From a virus (taxonomy: Duplodnaviria > Heunggongvirae > Uroviricota > Caudoviricetes): 36,682 bases of DNA. Positions 35,687 to 36,682 of the stretch are shown piece by piece. How positions within the stretch are numbered: position 1 is the stretch's first letter; each line of letters opens with the position of its first letter. The notes under the pieces are model-generated. The model worked only from the letters and a program-made list of their open reading frames with translations. It searched no databases and was not told the origin of the DNA. The stretch lies in the IMG/VR virus record IMGVR_UViG_2545824713_000010; one strand, written 5' to 3'. Position numbers and translations under genes: made by a program.

Positions 35687-36682
35687 ATGATACAACCTAT
35701 TTCCGGCCCTCCTCCTGGGCAACCACCAGGTCAGGGAGATAACCTGCCGTCTGGCGCGGGCAATCAGCCTTTATCCAGTCAGCAACGTACTTCGCTGGAA
35801 AGCTTAATGACGAAAGTGACCTCACTGACGCAACAACAAAGAGCAGAACTGTGGGCGGGTATCAGGCACGATATTGGTCTGTCGGGAGATTCACCGCTGC
35901 TTTCGCGTCACTTCCCTGCCGCTGAGCATAATCTGGCGCAACGTCTGCTGGCCGCGCAAAAAAGCCATTCTGCCCGCCAGCTTTTAGCGCAATTAGGGGA
36001 GTATTTACGTCTGGGGAATAATCGTCAGGCGGTCACGGATTATATCCGTCATAACTTTGGTCAGACGCCGCTGAATCAGCTCTCACCGGAGCAATTAAAA
36101 ACCATTCTCACCCTGTTGCAGGAAGGGAAGATGGTTATTCCGCAACCACAGCAGCGCGAGGCGACCGACCGTCCTTTATTACCGGCGGAGCACAATGCGC
36201 TAAAACAGCTGGTGACCAAACTTGCGGCGGCAACGGGGGAACCCAGCAAACAGATCTGGCAATCGATGCTGGAACTTTCCGGGGTGAAAGATGGCGAGTT
36301 AATTCCAGCGAAACTGTTTAACCATCTGGTGACCTGGTTGCAGGCGCGCCAGACGTTAAGCCAGCAAAATACGCCGACGCTGGAATCACTACAGATGGCG
36401 CTAAAACAACCTTTAGATGCCAGTGAACTGGCGGCGTTATCGGCATATATCCAGCAAAAATATGGCCTTTCTGCGCAATCATCGCTTTCTTCTGCCCAGG
36501 CCGAGGATATTCTTAATCAGCTTTATCAACGGCGGGTTAAAGGGATTGATCCGCGTGATATGCAACCGCTGCTTAATCCTTTTCCACCGATGATGGACAC
36601 GTTGCAAAATATGGCAACGCGTCCCGCGCTGTGGATACTGTTAGTCGCGATTATCCTGATGCTGGTCTGGCTGGTTCGTTAG
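35687..36682 (+). CDS. flk: Host chromosomal gene, Flk-like flagellar regulator (C-terminal membrane anchor)
   Basis: 331 aa; Pro/Gln-rich N-terminus and a single C-terminal TM helix (ALWILLVAIILMLVWLV); matches enterobacterial Flk as recalled; stop codon is at the window end. Confidence 0.55.
   Translation: MIQPISGPPPGQPPGQGDNLPSGAGNQPLSSQQRTSLESLMTKVTSLTQQQRAELWAGIRHDIGLSGDSPLLSRHFPAAEHNLAQRLLAAQKSHSARQLLAQLGEYLRLGNNRQAVTDYIRHNFGQTPLNQLSPEQLKTILTLLQEGKMVIPQPQQREATDRPLLPAEHNALKQLVTKLAAATGEPSKQIWQSMLELSGVKDGELIPAKLFNHLVTWLQARQTLSQQNTPTLESLQMALKQPLDASELAALSAYIQQKYGLSAQSSLSSAQAEDILNQLYQRRVKGIDPRDMQPLLNPFPPMMDTLQNMATRPALWILLVAIILMLVWLVR

Overview
The window is almost entirely one integrated P2-like (Peduovirus-type) temperate myovirus prophage of an enterobacterial host, about 35.5 kb, running from an att core that overlaps the integrase 3' end (11..28) to a matching core at 35502..35519, followed by a host flk-like gene. 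Gene order is int-C(-) / cox-early genes-A(+) / cargo / cos / Q-P(-) / O-N-M-L-X-lysis-R-S-V-W-J-I-H-G(+) / invertible tail-fibre segment with an invertase / U-T-E-FII-FI(-) / D-ogr(+) / cargo / attR. All calls rest on reading the supplied ORF track and sequence and on family resemblance recalled from memory; no database search was run. The most interesting content is accessory: (1) a ParM/StbA actin-like ATPase plus ParR-like adaptor in the A-to-cos slot where P2 carries tin/old, followed by a promoter, a structured RNA leader and a small Cys-rich ORF; (2) a Mu-G-like invertible tail-fibre segment with near-canonical gix-type crossover sites and a Pin/Gin-family invertase; (3) the tail sheath-tube-tape measure block lying inverted relative to D/ogr and to canonical P2 order; (4) a hok/mok-like type I toxin locus and an AT-rich two-gene moron between ogr and attR. 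No rRNA, tRNA or CRISPR array was seen.
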